Positions 1 through 10,100 of a stretch of 64,000 bases of DNA are shown here, one piece after another. Position 1 is the stretch's first letter; every line of letters begins with the position of its first letter. A program made the position numbers and the translations under genes. The notes below the pieces were generated by a model. It was not told the origin of the DNA. It worked only from the letters and a program-made list of their open reading frames with translations, and did not search any database. Source of the DNA: Rhodothermales bacterium (GTDB lineage Bacteria > Bacteroidota > Rhodothermia > Rhodothermales > Bin80); contig CBDHCQ010000004.1 in NCBI GenBank assembly GCA_965261255.1, forward strand, positions 3,507,710-3,571,709, read 5' to 3'.

Positions 1-219
1 TCCTGTTGCAGGAGCAAAGAACAGCAAACCCCATGACAGGTGGGTCTGCCTGGCGAGCCCGACGGCGCAAGGGAGGAATTCTACCGGGAAATGACTTCGC
101 GACGGACCTATAAGCTCAGACAGCAGGGTCTTACAGTCTGACGGTCACGATTGACGTGTTTTTGTTCAACGACGACTATTTTGACGCTGGACAGCCTTGG
201 ACTCAACCCCGTCTACGGA

Positions 220-3200
220 TCAATTCGACTGCTTTTTCAAGCTGCGACTCTTCCACAGATAGTAAATAGCCGGAATAACGGCGAGCGTCAATACCGTGGA
301 AGAAATCATTCCTCCCACCATCGGGGTAACAATCGGTTTCATGACTTCTGATCCGGTACCATGGCTCCACAAGATCGGCAACAAACCAGCCACGATAGCC
401 AGCACCGTCATCATTTTCGGGCGCACACGATCAACAGCTCCCACAATGATTGCCTCGTAGAGGTCCCTGGGAGAGGTCATCCGCCCTTCCATAAGCCTTT
501 TGTTGTAGGCCTGATCGAGGTATAGCATCATGATGACTCCCGTTTCCGCAGCAACACCCGCAAGGGCAATAAAGCCGACACCGGCTGCAATGCTGAGGTT
601 GTAGCCAAACATGTACATCAGCCAAATTCCACCAACCAGCGAAAAGGGCAGTGATAACATCACGATCAAACTCTCTGTGACATTCTTAAAATTCAAATAC
701 AGCAGCAAGAAGATGATCAGAAGCGTCAGGGGCAACACAACCTGGAGGCGCCGTCGGGCGCGTTCCATGTACTCGTGTTGCCCACTCCAGATCATGCTGT
801 AACCCTCGGGAAAAGTGACCTGCTCATTCACCGATGCCCGGGCAGTCTCAACATAGGTGCCGATATCAACGTTCTGGAGGTCAATGTAAATCCAGGAGGT
901 CTTTCGAGCATTTTCGCTTTTGATGACCGTGGGACCCTTAACAATACTGAAATCAGCCACATAACTGAGCGGAATTTGAGTTCCTGTAGGGGTAGGGATG
1001 AGGACACGCTCAATTGCGGGCAGGTTGTCACGCAGTTCACGGCTATAGCGTACGTTGACGGGATAGCGCTCTAGGCCCTCAACAGTCTGCGTGACATTCA
1101 TCCCTCCGATGGCGGACATAATTACATCCTGTACATCACCGATGGTCAACCCATACCGGGCCGCCTCCCTACGGTCAATCTCGTAATCCAGAAAATTTCC
1201 CCCAACGGTTTTGTCGGACAATGCGCTCTGGGTGCCAGGTAGAAGCTGTAACACCGCAGCGATCTGTTCCCCCAGATCCGAAAGCACGGTTAAGTCCGGC
1301 CCCATCAGTTTAATGCCTAGTGGGGTTTTAATTCCAGTTGCCAGCATGTCAATCCGTGTCCTGATGGGCATAGTCCAGGCATTGGTTAGGCCGGGAAAGT
1401 TGATAGCACCGTCAAGTTCACTGATCAGTTTCTCCATGGTCATTCCATCGCGCCATTCTTCTTCCGGCTTGAGTGTGATGGTTGTCTCCAACATGGATAG
1501 CGGTGCCGGATCGGTCGCAGTGTCAGCGCGCCCAGCTTTGCCGAGAACATGCTCTACCTCGGGGAAACTCTTGATGATTTTGTCTGTCTGCTGCAAGAGC
1601 TCCTTCACTTTTGTGATACTTATTCCGGGATCTGTCGTGGGCATGTACAGCAAATCGCCTTCATTCAAGGGAGGCATATATTCAGTGCCAAGCTTCCCAA
1701 GAGGATAGATGGTTACAGCAAGGATTAGGAGAGAAGCAGTAATAGTGGCCCACCTGAATTGAAGGACGCGATGAATCACGGGCTGATAGCATCGGATGAG
1801 CAACCGATTTATGGGATTTTTCTTTTCTGGTAGAATTTTACCGCGGACTAGATATCCTATCAAGACAGGGACCGTAGTGATCGCCAAAAGCGCTGATGCG
1901 GCCATCGCATAGGTCTTTGTAAAAGCTAATGGCTTGAATAAGCGCCCCTCCTGCGCCTGCAGGGTGAAGATGGGTAGGAATGAAAGTGTAATGATCAGCA
2001 GCGAGTAGAAAAGAGCAGGCCCCACTTCCTTGCATGCATCAACGATGATTTGCCAGCGGTCTTTCTTCCCCGCATGACGCTCAAGGTGTTTGTGTGTGTT
2101 TTCAACCATTACGATGGCTGCGTCAACCATAGTCCCGATTGCGATAGCAATCCCGCTGAGTGACATGATATTGGCATTGAGGCCTTGTGCATTCATCACC
2201 CAAAACGCAATCAAAATCCCCAGTGGAATCGTGAAGATGGCGACCAGGGCACTACGGAAGTGTACCAGGAACAGGATCGTCACAAGTGCAACGATCAGGC
2301 TTTCCTCGAGAAGTTTGGTTCTCAGGTTGTTGATTGCCCGTTTGATCAGGCTACTACGGTCATAGGCAATTTTAATCTGTACACCTTCCGGCAGGCCTTT
2401 TTCCAATTCTGCCAGCTTTGTCCTTACAGCATCAATAGTCTTGAGTGCATTTTCACCGTAGCGCATGACCACAATACCGCCAACAACTTCTCCTTCGCCA
2501 TCCCAGTCAGTGAGTCCTCGTCGTAGTTCTGGCCCCAGATGTACGTTCGCAACGTTACGGATAAGGATCGGAGTTCCATTTTCATCCACACCAACCGGCG
2601 TGTTCTGAATGTCTGTAATCGATTGGATATACCCTAGGCCGCGAACCATGAATTCGGTCTCTCCCATTTCAATCAACTTCCCTCCCACATCGTTATTACT
2701 TCGCTGTAATGCGACACGTACACTTGATAGGGGCACATCATGGGCCAGGAGTTTATTTGGATCCACCTCGACCTGGTACTGCTTGACGTAGCCACCGATA
2801 GAAGCCACTTCTGCGACTCCCGGCACACTCATTAATTCGTAACGGAGAAACCAGTCTTGAATTGAGCGTAACTGGTGGAGATCGTAGCGATCACCTCCAT
2901 CAAGGACATATTCAAAAACCCATCCCACTCCCGTCGCATCGGGTCCCAGCGTGGGCGTCACGCTCTCGGGCAGGCGATCACCGACATAGTTGAGATATTC
3001 CAGCACACGGCTACGTGCCCAGTAGATATCTGTGCCATCCTCGAAAATGATATAGACAAAGGAGTGTCCAAACGATGAGTAACCACGTACAGCCTTGGCA
3101 AAGGGAACAGACATCATAGCCGTGGTTAAGGGATACGTCACCTGATCTTCTACGACCTGTGGGGCCTGTCCAGGGAACTCGGTGAATACAATGACCTGTA

Positions 3201-3333
3201 CATCACTTAAGTCAGGGATGGCATCCACTGGTGTGCGAAGCATTGCGTAGATCCCGGCGCCTGCAACTGCAAGCGTGAAGAGAATCACGAAAACCCGATT
3301 CTTGACAGAGCTCTCTATAATCTTCTCGAGCAT
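220..3333 (-). CDS. cusA: CusA/SilA-family heavy-metal RND efflux permease (Cu(I)/Ag(I) type)
   Basis: 1037 aa; starts with DAIPDLSDVQVI...GQAPQVVEDQVTYP; motifs LLYMP, PLSMLET and RIDMLATG carry the three Met residues typical of the CusA Cu(I) site; GAVDRVRPKMMT near the C-terminus. Confidence 0.95.
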   Translation of the reverse strand: MLEKIIESSVKNRVFVILFTLAVAGAGIYAMLRTPVDAIPDLSDVQVIVFTEFPGQAPQVVEDQVTYPLTTAMMSVPFAKAVRGYSSFGHSFVYIIFEDGTDIYWARSRVLEYLNYVGDRLPESVTPTLGPDATGVGWVFEYVLDGGDRYDLHQLRSIQDWFLRYELMSVPGVAEVASIGGYVKQYQVEVDPNKLLAHDVPLSSVRVALQRSNNDVGGKLIEMGETEFMVRGLGYIQSITDIQNTPVGVDENGTPILIRNVANVHLGPELRRGLTDWDGEGEVVGGIVVMRYGENALKTIDAVRTKLAELEKGLPEGVQIKIAYDRSSLIKRAINNLRTKLLEESLIVALVTILFLVHFRSALVAIFTIPLGILIAFWVMNAQGLNANIMSLSGIAIAIGTMVDAAIVMVENTHKHLERHAGKKDRWQIIVDACKEVGPALFYSLLIITLSFLPIFTLQAQEGRLFKPLAFTKTYAMAASALLAITTVPVLIGYLVRGKILPEKKNPINRLLIRCYQPVIHRVLQFRWATITASLLILAVTIYPLGKLGTEYMPPLNEGDLLYMPTTDPGISITKVKELLQQTDKIIKSFPEVEHVLGKAGRADTATDPAPLSMLETTITLKPEEEWRDGMTMEKLISELDGAINFPGLTNAWTMPIRTRIDMLATGIKTPLGIKLMGPDLTVLSDLGEQIAAVLQLLPGTQSALSDKTVGGNFLDYEIDRREAARYGLTIGDVQDVIMSAIGGMNVTQTVEGLERYPVNVRYSRELRDNLPAIERVLIPTPTGTQIPLSYVADFSIVKGPTVIKSENARKTSWIYIDLQNVDIGTYVETARASVNEQVTFPEGYSMIWSGQHEYMERARRRLQVVLPLTLLIIFLLLYLNFKNVTESLIVMLSLPFSLVGGIWLMYMFGYNLSIAAGVGFIALAGVAAETGVIMMLYLDQAYNKRLMEGRMTSPRDLYEAIIVGAVDRVRPKMMTVLAIVAGLLPILWSHGTGSEVMKPIVTPMVGGMISSTVLTLAVIPAIYYLWKSRSLKKQSN

Positions 3334-3374
3334 GGTTTCGGGGACAGTTTCTGGTTGAACAAAAGGCCTAAATT

Positions 3375-4766
3375 TTAATGATTGTGTTGGTGCTCCATCG
3401 GTATTGATTCATCGGTAGCAGAGCGGCTCATCAACGTATCCATATCCGTCATCTGGGTCTCCGAATCTGTTGGCGAAGAGAGCATTTTGCGAAGAGTTTC
3501 CTGGAGTTGACTCTCGCTGTCCAGCATAAACTGGGCGGAGGAGACAACCTGTTCATGTCCAGACAGGCCAGCGAGGATGCGGACATACTGGTTGTCTGGC
3601 CCGCCCTCTTCTCCAATCAAAACTTCACGAGGTTCAAATCGACCATTTCCATGTGCAATGAAAACGATGGTGCGTGTTCCAGAGCGCACGATTGATTCAG
3701 AATGAACGACCAGGGCATCGGGGATTATATGTCCCTGTAATTCCACATTGGCGTACATACCTGGCTTCAATTCCAGACCAGGGTTTAAGAAAATCAGGCG
3801 GACATGGACATCACGTGCTTTTTCTCGCAGGTAGGGATAGATGTAGGACACCCGGCCGGTATAGGTTTTGCCCGGTAAATATGACAGCTCCATTTTTACC
3901 GGCTGTCCATCGCTGATCCAGGGTACTTCATTGTCATAAAAACTGGCGTGTACCCACACCATACTCAGATCGGCGATCTCAAAAAGATCCTGGCCTGCCT
4001 CAATGTATGCCCCTTCAATTGCGTTTCTTTTGACGACAATACCCGTAGCGGGGGCGACCAGCAGGATGGTTTTCTGAATCTCACCGGACTGGGTCAACCG
4101 ATCAACTTCTGCTGAAGGAATATCCCAGTTCTCCAAACGATTCCGGGCGGAAACCAGAAGTCTTTCAGCGTCTTCCCGTATGGATGGAAGACTGCTTTTT
4201 GCAAGTTGCCGGTAGTTACTGAGGGCCAATAAATACTCCTGCTGTGTGGAAACCAATTCGGGAGAATAGATCTCCAGTAATGAATCCCCCTGCTGTACTT
4301 GGTCGCCAACAAAATGAACATGGAGATTCTGAATCCAGCCGGAAACTTTCGTATTCACCAGAAAAAGATTCTCTTCGTCGTACTGAACTTCACCGACCGT
4401 GTGAATCGTGCGGGAGAAATCCAGCCGCTGAACCGCTTCGGTTCGAACTCCCATATTCTGAACTGTGACAGGGTCAATCAACACCGCATTATCTGATTGC
4501 ATCTCGGCATCCTCCTCGTAGACAGGGATCAGATCCATGCCCATCTTTGATTTGCCAGGTTGGTCATAGATCTCTGTCGGATCCATTGGGGCGCGCCAGT
4601 AAAGGATGGTTTGCTCATCCGTCAAATCTGGCTCTTGAGATTGCATCCCTTCCGGTTCAATGGTCAAGCGTCCGAAAAAAAAGCTCGCAACCACGACAAT
4701 CATCAGGAGCAGAATCCCGCCCACTATTTTGAATTGTTTTTGTGTAGTCATCATGCTCTTGGTCAA
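3375..4766 (-). CDS. cusB: CusB-like RND periplasmic adaptor with Met-rich heavy-metal-binding domain
   Basis: N-terminal TM helix; YWRAPMDP...PGKSKMGMDL motif; YSPELVSTQQEYL; LKPGMY; SAQFMLDSES; His-rich tail MEHQHNH; sits between the TolC-family gene and cusA. Confidence 0.92.
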   Translation of the reverse strand: MTKSMMTTQKQFKIVGGILLLMIVVVASFFFGRLTIEPEGMQSQEPDLTDEQTILYWRAPMDPTEIYDQPGKSKMGMDLIPVYEEDAEMQSDNAVLIDPVTVQNMGVRTEAVQRLDFSRTIHTVGEVQYDEENLFLVNTKVSGWIQNLHVHFVGDQVQQGDSLLEIYSPELVSTQQEYLLALSNYRQLAKSSLPSIREDAERLLVSARNRLENWDIPSAEVDRLTQSGEIQKTILLVAPATGIVVKRNAIEGAYIEAGQDLFEIADLSMVWVHASFYDNEVPWISDGQPVKMELSYLPGKTYTGRVSYIYPYLREKARDVHVRLIFLNPGLELKPGMYANVELQGHIIPDALVVHSESIVRSGTRTIVFIAHGNGRFEPREVLIGEEGGPDNQYVRILAGLSGHEQVVSSAQFMLDSESQLQETLRKMLSSPTDSETQMTDMDTLMSRSATDESIPMEHQHNH

Positions 4767-6091
4767 CGAAGTGATGGAAATATGTCAAGATCGGCGAGGG
4801 AGTCGACGCCGAGTACCTGCTCTAGGAGGGCCGTAATCTGCAAGTAGCGGGAGAATGTGTCTTCATAGTCCGTGTTGAGTGTGAACAGCATCCGCTCTGC
4901 ATCCAACAGATCCAGGTAATCTGTATCTCCAGTGGTGTAGGAGTTGAGTGTGGCTTCGAGAACCGTTTCTGCCTGTGGAATAAGGCCCTCTCGAAATAAC
5001 AGGATCTGTTTGGTGACTTCCCCTAGTTGATGAACAAGGCCGGTGATCTCCGTCTTGAATGAAGTTTCAAGCGACTCTCGGTGCGCGTTAATTTCGCTGC
5101 GATATACACGGGCTTCCTCCAGCTGAGCTCGCAACCGAGTTCGTTGAAGCGGTACCTTCAAGAGTACTCCAATAGCCACGGCATCTCGACCCGAAGCGGT
5201 TGCTGGCACATCCGCACTACCAATATCAAAGTAGGTGATGTTCAGGCCGAAGTCTGGTTTGAATTGTTTTCTGGCCAGCAAAATTTCTGCATCTATGCGC
5301 CGCGCAGTTGCACGAAGGGCGTCAATTTCAGGACGTTCGCGTAGAGCGATATCGAGTAGCGCACCGGTATCAAACTCAATGAAGGGCAATGATTCCACCT
5401 GGATGGAGTCAAGGGATAAGTTTGTCGCGGATTGATTCACAAGGTATGCTAGCGTTTTGCCAGCGACGTGTCGCTGTTCCGCGAGCTTGAACTGCAGACG
5501 AGATAGAGCATTTCTCTCCAGTTGTGTTTTCGAGATCGCCTGTTGGACATCCAAGCCTACCTCATAGCGGGTTGCTGCAGTTTGTTCAAAGCTTTCCAGT
5601 CTATTTCGGAAAGCAGAAATATGTCGCTCCTGTTGTTGAATGCGATAGAGTTCGTAGTAGGCTTGCTTGGCTTCAAGGAAAAGGGTTTTTTCGAACGCTT
5701 GTGATTCAAAGTTCTCTGTTTTGGCATTCAGATTGGCGATGGTTCCCCGTAATTTTAGTTTCCCGGGGTAGGGAATGGTTTGTTCAATGCTCCACTGACT
5801 CCGCTGCGTGCCGAGCGCGGTAAGGAGTGAGTAGGGTTGGTAGGTGATTTTCACCGTTGGGTCTGGAAGTGCGGAGACCTGATCTCTTCTATAGGTCAAT
5901 GCTCTTGCCTTCAGACGAGATGCCAGCAGCGACGGGTTGTTGCTGCGGACTTCTTCAAGAAGATCATTGAGGTTCAATAAAGCATTTACGGTCGTATCCG
6001 GCTGATGCTGACCATCAGCAGCGGTCGGGCGCAGTAATAATGCTAGAAATACGACGGCGAAGGTCGCACCAACGAGAAAGCGTTGTTTCAT
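4763..6091 (-). CDS. TolC/CusC-family outer-membrane efflux protein
   Basis: Signal peptide; NNPSL, LPDP, QTIPYPGKL and YTTGDTDYLDLLDAER OEP-type motifs; 4-bp overlap with cusB. Confidence 0.9.
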   Translation of the reverse strand: MKQRFLVGATFAVVFLALLLRPTAADGQHQPDTTVNALLNLNDLLEEVRSNNPSLLASRLKARALTYRRDQVSALPDPTVKITYQPYSLLTALGTQRSQWSIEQTIPYPGKLKLRGTIANLNAKTENFESQAFEKTLFLEAKQAYYELYRIQQQERHISAFRNRLESFEQTAATRYEVGLDVQQAISKTQLERNALSRLQFKLAEQRHVAGKTLAYLVNQSATNLSLDSIQVESLPFIEFDTGALLDIALRERPEIDALRATARRIDAEILLARKQFKPDFGLNITYFDIGSADVPATASGRDAVAIGVLLKVPLQRTRLRAQLEEARVYRSEINAHRESLETSFKTEITGLVHQLGEVTKQILLFREGLIPQAETVLEATLNSYTTGDTDYLDLLDAERMLFTLNTDYEDTFSRYLQITALLEQVLGVDSLADLDIFPSLR

Positions 6092-6094
6092 CAG

Positions 6095-6185
6095 TTCTGA
6101 TCAAATAGAGTAATCCGTTGCAATACATCGAAGTACAGTAGGTCAGCACTTCGGTACTGGAATCACACTATTTCTCAGATCAGAA
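6095..6185 (-). promoter_or_regulatory. Long mRNA hairpin pairing the last codons of the leader ORF with the cusC translation-initiation region
   Basis: TTCTGATC-AAATAG (6095-6108) is complementary to CTATTT-[ctca]-GATCAGAA (6168-6185); inner helices 6110-6116/6159-6166, 6121-6126/6154-6159 and 6129-6136/6146-6153 each contain a G-U pair only on the minus (mRNA) strand. Confidence 0.7.
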
Positions 6186-6627
6186 AGATGAGCAGCAGGG
6201 CCTGCCTGTCTACGGCAGGAAGTGGAGGGATGGTTTTTTGGGAATGCCTTTGATTGAAGTCTCTGAGCACTTCCTTTTCGAAGGGTTTGTGCGTGGGGGA
6301 ATCAGAGAGCGGCTGCAAGTCATTCCGGCAATGGTTTAGAAACAGAGCCTCCTCAACTGCCGGTGTTGCTTCAAGTGTACAACATTGCAGGGTATCCGAA
6401 GAAGGGCAAGGCAGGTTTGTAGCATGCGTCATGCCCCCGTTTTCATGGATGCAGGGAGGAGTCTGATCGGAAGAATGGCTTGGTTCCGATGTAGAATGAT
6501 GGCTCACATGCTCGGCTATCTGACTCATTGCGCAGAGGGGTTGCAGGAGCGGTCCTGCTGCACTCAACAGTAGTCCCACGCAAAGCAGGAGAGGGAGAAG
6601 CGTATGTTTTCTTAGCGCAGAGAGCAT
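6175..6627 (-). CDS. Cys/His-rich exported leader-type protein ending PP...FLI, upstream of the cus operon
   Basis: 150 aa; hydrophobic N-terminus, His-rich linker, CC pair, C-terminus IPPLPAVDRQALLLIFLI; co-oriented 83 bp upstream of the TolC-family gene. Confidence 0.75.
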   Translation of the reverse strand: MLSALRKHTLLPLLLCVGLLLSAAGPLLQPLCAMSQIAEHVSHHSTSEPSHSSDQTPPCIHENGGMTHATNLPCPSSDTLQCCTLEATPAVEEALFLNHCRNDLQPLSDSPTHKPFEKEVLRDFNQRHSQKTIPPLPAVDRQALLLIFLI

Positions 6628-7196
6628 GAAAAGGAGCGTAATTCCTTAGGCCGCGGCGGATCCGAGACAATCCCGTATTAATACTACCGATGTCATTGGA
6701 CTAGGTTCGATTTAGCTGGAGTGCCGATAAAATTCGGTAAATGGTACGTAATAATCCTCTGTCACCGTCTTGAAACTCTGTTAATACACGATTCATGTCA
6801 GGAAATATAATAGACTCCCAAAGTCTTACGGTGGCAGCAAAATCTTCTACAGTGTGAGGAGGCACGATTGCTCAAATGACGTGAAATCAAGTGGACGCGA
6901 TCTTTCCGGGATACTCTTTTCCATCAACATCTTTTGAAATCGTCACAGATCGGTTTGTATGAGGGACCTATGTACAGGCAGACTGCCTGCGAGACTGCCT
7001 ATTGGGGAGGAGTTGTATAAACAGCTCTTGAACTAGCCCTGGTTCGTGTGTTTGGGCAAAAAACGCTAGGTTCTACCATCGCTCCAAGATGCCTTTGTTC
7101 ACTAACTACGTCCCTCCGTTCTCCCCGAAATGGGAACATACGGTTGACAACTGGCGAACCAGGGACGGATAAACTAAATGCTACCGCTCAGCAGTA

Positions 7197-10100
7197 ATGC
7201 CAAAGAAACTGGTTCCTGGCCTGTATGACAAGGTATTTACAGAAGGGAATCATCATGTCGTCGAAAAGGATCCATCGCTGCGCGCGCACACCGAGAAGCT
7301 GCAGAGTCACACAGGAGTCCGACTGCTGTCGCAGCATCTGAGCAAGCTTATTGAGCGTGCACTGAGGAAGTCCAACGACAATTGGGTTGAACTGGCCAAC
7401 GACCTGATTCGGGTCATCGAAAATAATACACAAGGGGGCGTAGTACAGCAATCAGATCTTGTTACAAATACCCGGTTGAAAGAGCTTGCACAAGGCGTTC
7501 AAGCTCAAATGGATACGCAAACCAGACGACCCGGGATACCGCTTTCGTATTCAGAGTTGCTAACGAATGCTTCAAACGATTACCGTATTGGACACGAACT
7601 GAAACGGGAAATTGAGTCCGCCGATCGGATTGATATTCTGATAGCATTTATCAAGTGGTCCGGGCTTCGTCTTGTACGCGAAGCATTGCAGGACTTTGTC
7701 GCAAGGGGAGGAAAGCTGCGGGTGATTACGACGACCTATATGAAGGCGACCGAGCGGCAGGCCATTGATGAACTGATCCAGGTAGGCGCCGAGATTAAGA
7801 TCTCGTATGACACTCGCCGCACACGACTCCACGCAAAAGCATGGTTGCTTCACCGAGAAACGGGTTTTTCAACCGCCTTCGTTGGTTCTTCAAACCTAAG
7901 CGCAGCGGCACAACTGGACGGACTCGAATGGAATGTCCGGCTGTCCAAAGTAGATGCCGGACGAATCATTGACAAAATTGAAGCTGCTTTCAGAAATTAT
8001 TGGGAGGACGTTGAGTTCGAAAGCTATGACGGCAGCCCGGAATGCCGAGAACGATTTGATACAGCTGTAAGGGAAGAGCCTTCGCCTGGACGCATTACGA
8101 GCCTGGAGGTCCATCCTTACCCGTTCCAGCAGGAAATCTTGGATAAGCTGGATGTGGAACGCACGGTCCATGGTCGAACGCGTAATCTTGTTGTTGCAGC
8201 TACCGGTACAGGTAAAACCGTCATGGCCGCATTGGATTATCGTCGACTGGCTCGCCACATAAGTCCTCTGCGCCTCCTGTTCGTTGCCCATAGAGCGGAA
8301 ATCCTGCAGCAGGCGCGTACGACTTTTAGAGATGTCTTGAAGCACAACACCTTTGGGGAAGACTATGTGGGCGGGTCACAGCCCCAGAAATGGGACCATG
8401 TATTTGCTTCCGTTCAGTCTCTTGCAAACTTTGATCTCGATAAGATCAACCCAAAGCATTTCGGGATGATCATTATCGATGAATTTCATCATGCTGCTGC
8501 AAAAACGTATCAGAGACTTCTTGAGCATTTTCATCCTCGCTATCTACTGGGGCTCACTGCGACCCCCGAACGTGCGGACGGAAAGGATATTCTTTCCTGG
8601 TTCGGAGGCCGCGTTGCCGCAGAGCTGAGAGTCTGGGATGCCATTGATCGTGGTCTACTGGTTCCGTTCCATTACTTCGGGCGGCATGACGGTGGAGATT
8701 TGTCTTCTGTGCGATGGGTTCGTGGTAAATATGATGACGCTGAATTGACTCGTCTCTTTACCGCTGATGATATTCGTGTACTGAAGATCCTGAAAGTGGT
8801 CCGAGAGCACATTGCCGATCCTCTGAAGATGCGTGCATTAGGGTTCTGCGTCAGTGTGTCTCATGCTGAATTCATGACGCGAAAATTCAATAGTGCGGGC
8901 ATTCCTGCCGCCTGCATTACGGGGAAGACTCCCAGAGAAGAACGAAAACGTGCACAAGACCGGCTGAGAGCGTGCAAGGTGAACATACTCTTCTCCGTGG
9001 ATGTGCTCGGAGAAGGGGTGGACATTCCTCCGGTGGATACCATCCTGATGCTGAGACCAACCAACAGTGCTACTGTGTTTATTCAGCAATTGGGGCGTGG
9101 ACTCCGTTTCGCTGGGGGCAAAACCTGTCTAACCGTCTTGGACTTCATCAGCAACAGTGCAAGAAAGTTTCGGTTCGACTATGCCCTTGGGGCCATGCTT
9201 GGGAGGGTTACACGCAAATCCGTTAAAGAGGCGGTTGAGAAGGATTTTCCTGCCCTGCCGTCAGGATGCTCTCTCCAGTTGGATCAGGAGAGTAAGGAAG
9301 TCGTTCTGAACAATCTAAAGGCGCAACTTCGTTATGGGTCGAGAGAACTGGTGCGCTTGCTTCGTCGCCTGGGAGACCGGACCACCTTGAAGACTTTCCT
9401 GGATGCAGCGGAGTTGTCAATTGAAGATTTCTATTCCAAAAGACCCAACAGTTTTACGTTATTGCGCCGGAGAGCTGGTTTCTCCGCGGCCAGTGAGGGG
9501 CCGGACGAGGCTAATATCGGAAGCAGATTAAAACTGTTGACTCATGCGGATGACGCTTCCCGGCTCGACTTCATACGCCAAGCCGCCCAGGGCAGTCTGA
9601 GCGTGAGCGAGTTGTCCGAACGGGATCGGCGCCGTCTCCTCATGTTGGTGTGCGTGCTGCTGGGTGGGAAGGCGGCAAACGATCTACGCGCAGGCTACAA
9701 CAAAATCCTTGCTCATCCTGCTATCTGCGAGGAACTCATTTCGCTGACAGGTTTATTGAAAGAAAACATCGCACATACGCCTTCCCAGTATGTAATCGCT
9801 CCCGAGGTTCCGCTGGAGTTACATACGAGATATTCAATGCGGGAAATAGTTTCTGCGTTCAATAGAGTAGGAAAGGGGGGATTGCATCCTATACGGGAGG
9901 GGATTCGTTTTGATAAAGCAACAAGCTGCAATATGATTTTCGTAACTATTCACAAAAATGAAAAGGACTATGCCAGCACTGCAATGTACCGGGACTATGC
10001 GATCAACGCCCATCGCTTTCATTGGCAATCCCAACACAACACTAGGTCAGGCAGCATGACGGGCCGTCGCCATACACACCATGAAACTCTTGGGATAACC

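Noticed and set aside
15-130. Possible c-di-GMP-I riboswitch (GCAAACC...GTGGG...GCGCAAG)
   Set aside because: The GNRA loop and the immediately following GACGCAAAG element are missing, and there is no downstream co-oriented gene
6701-6727. tRNA 3'-end-like att remnant (CTAGGTTCGATTTAGCTGGAGTGCCG)
   Set aside because: The T-stem needs a 2-nt insertion to pair, there is no CCA and no integrase or second copy in the window
7144-7175. TTGACA...TAAACT promoter for the PLD-helicase
   Set aside because: Spacer is 20 bp, too long for a confident sigma70 call
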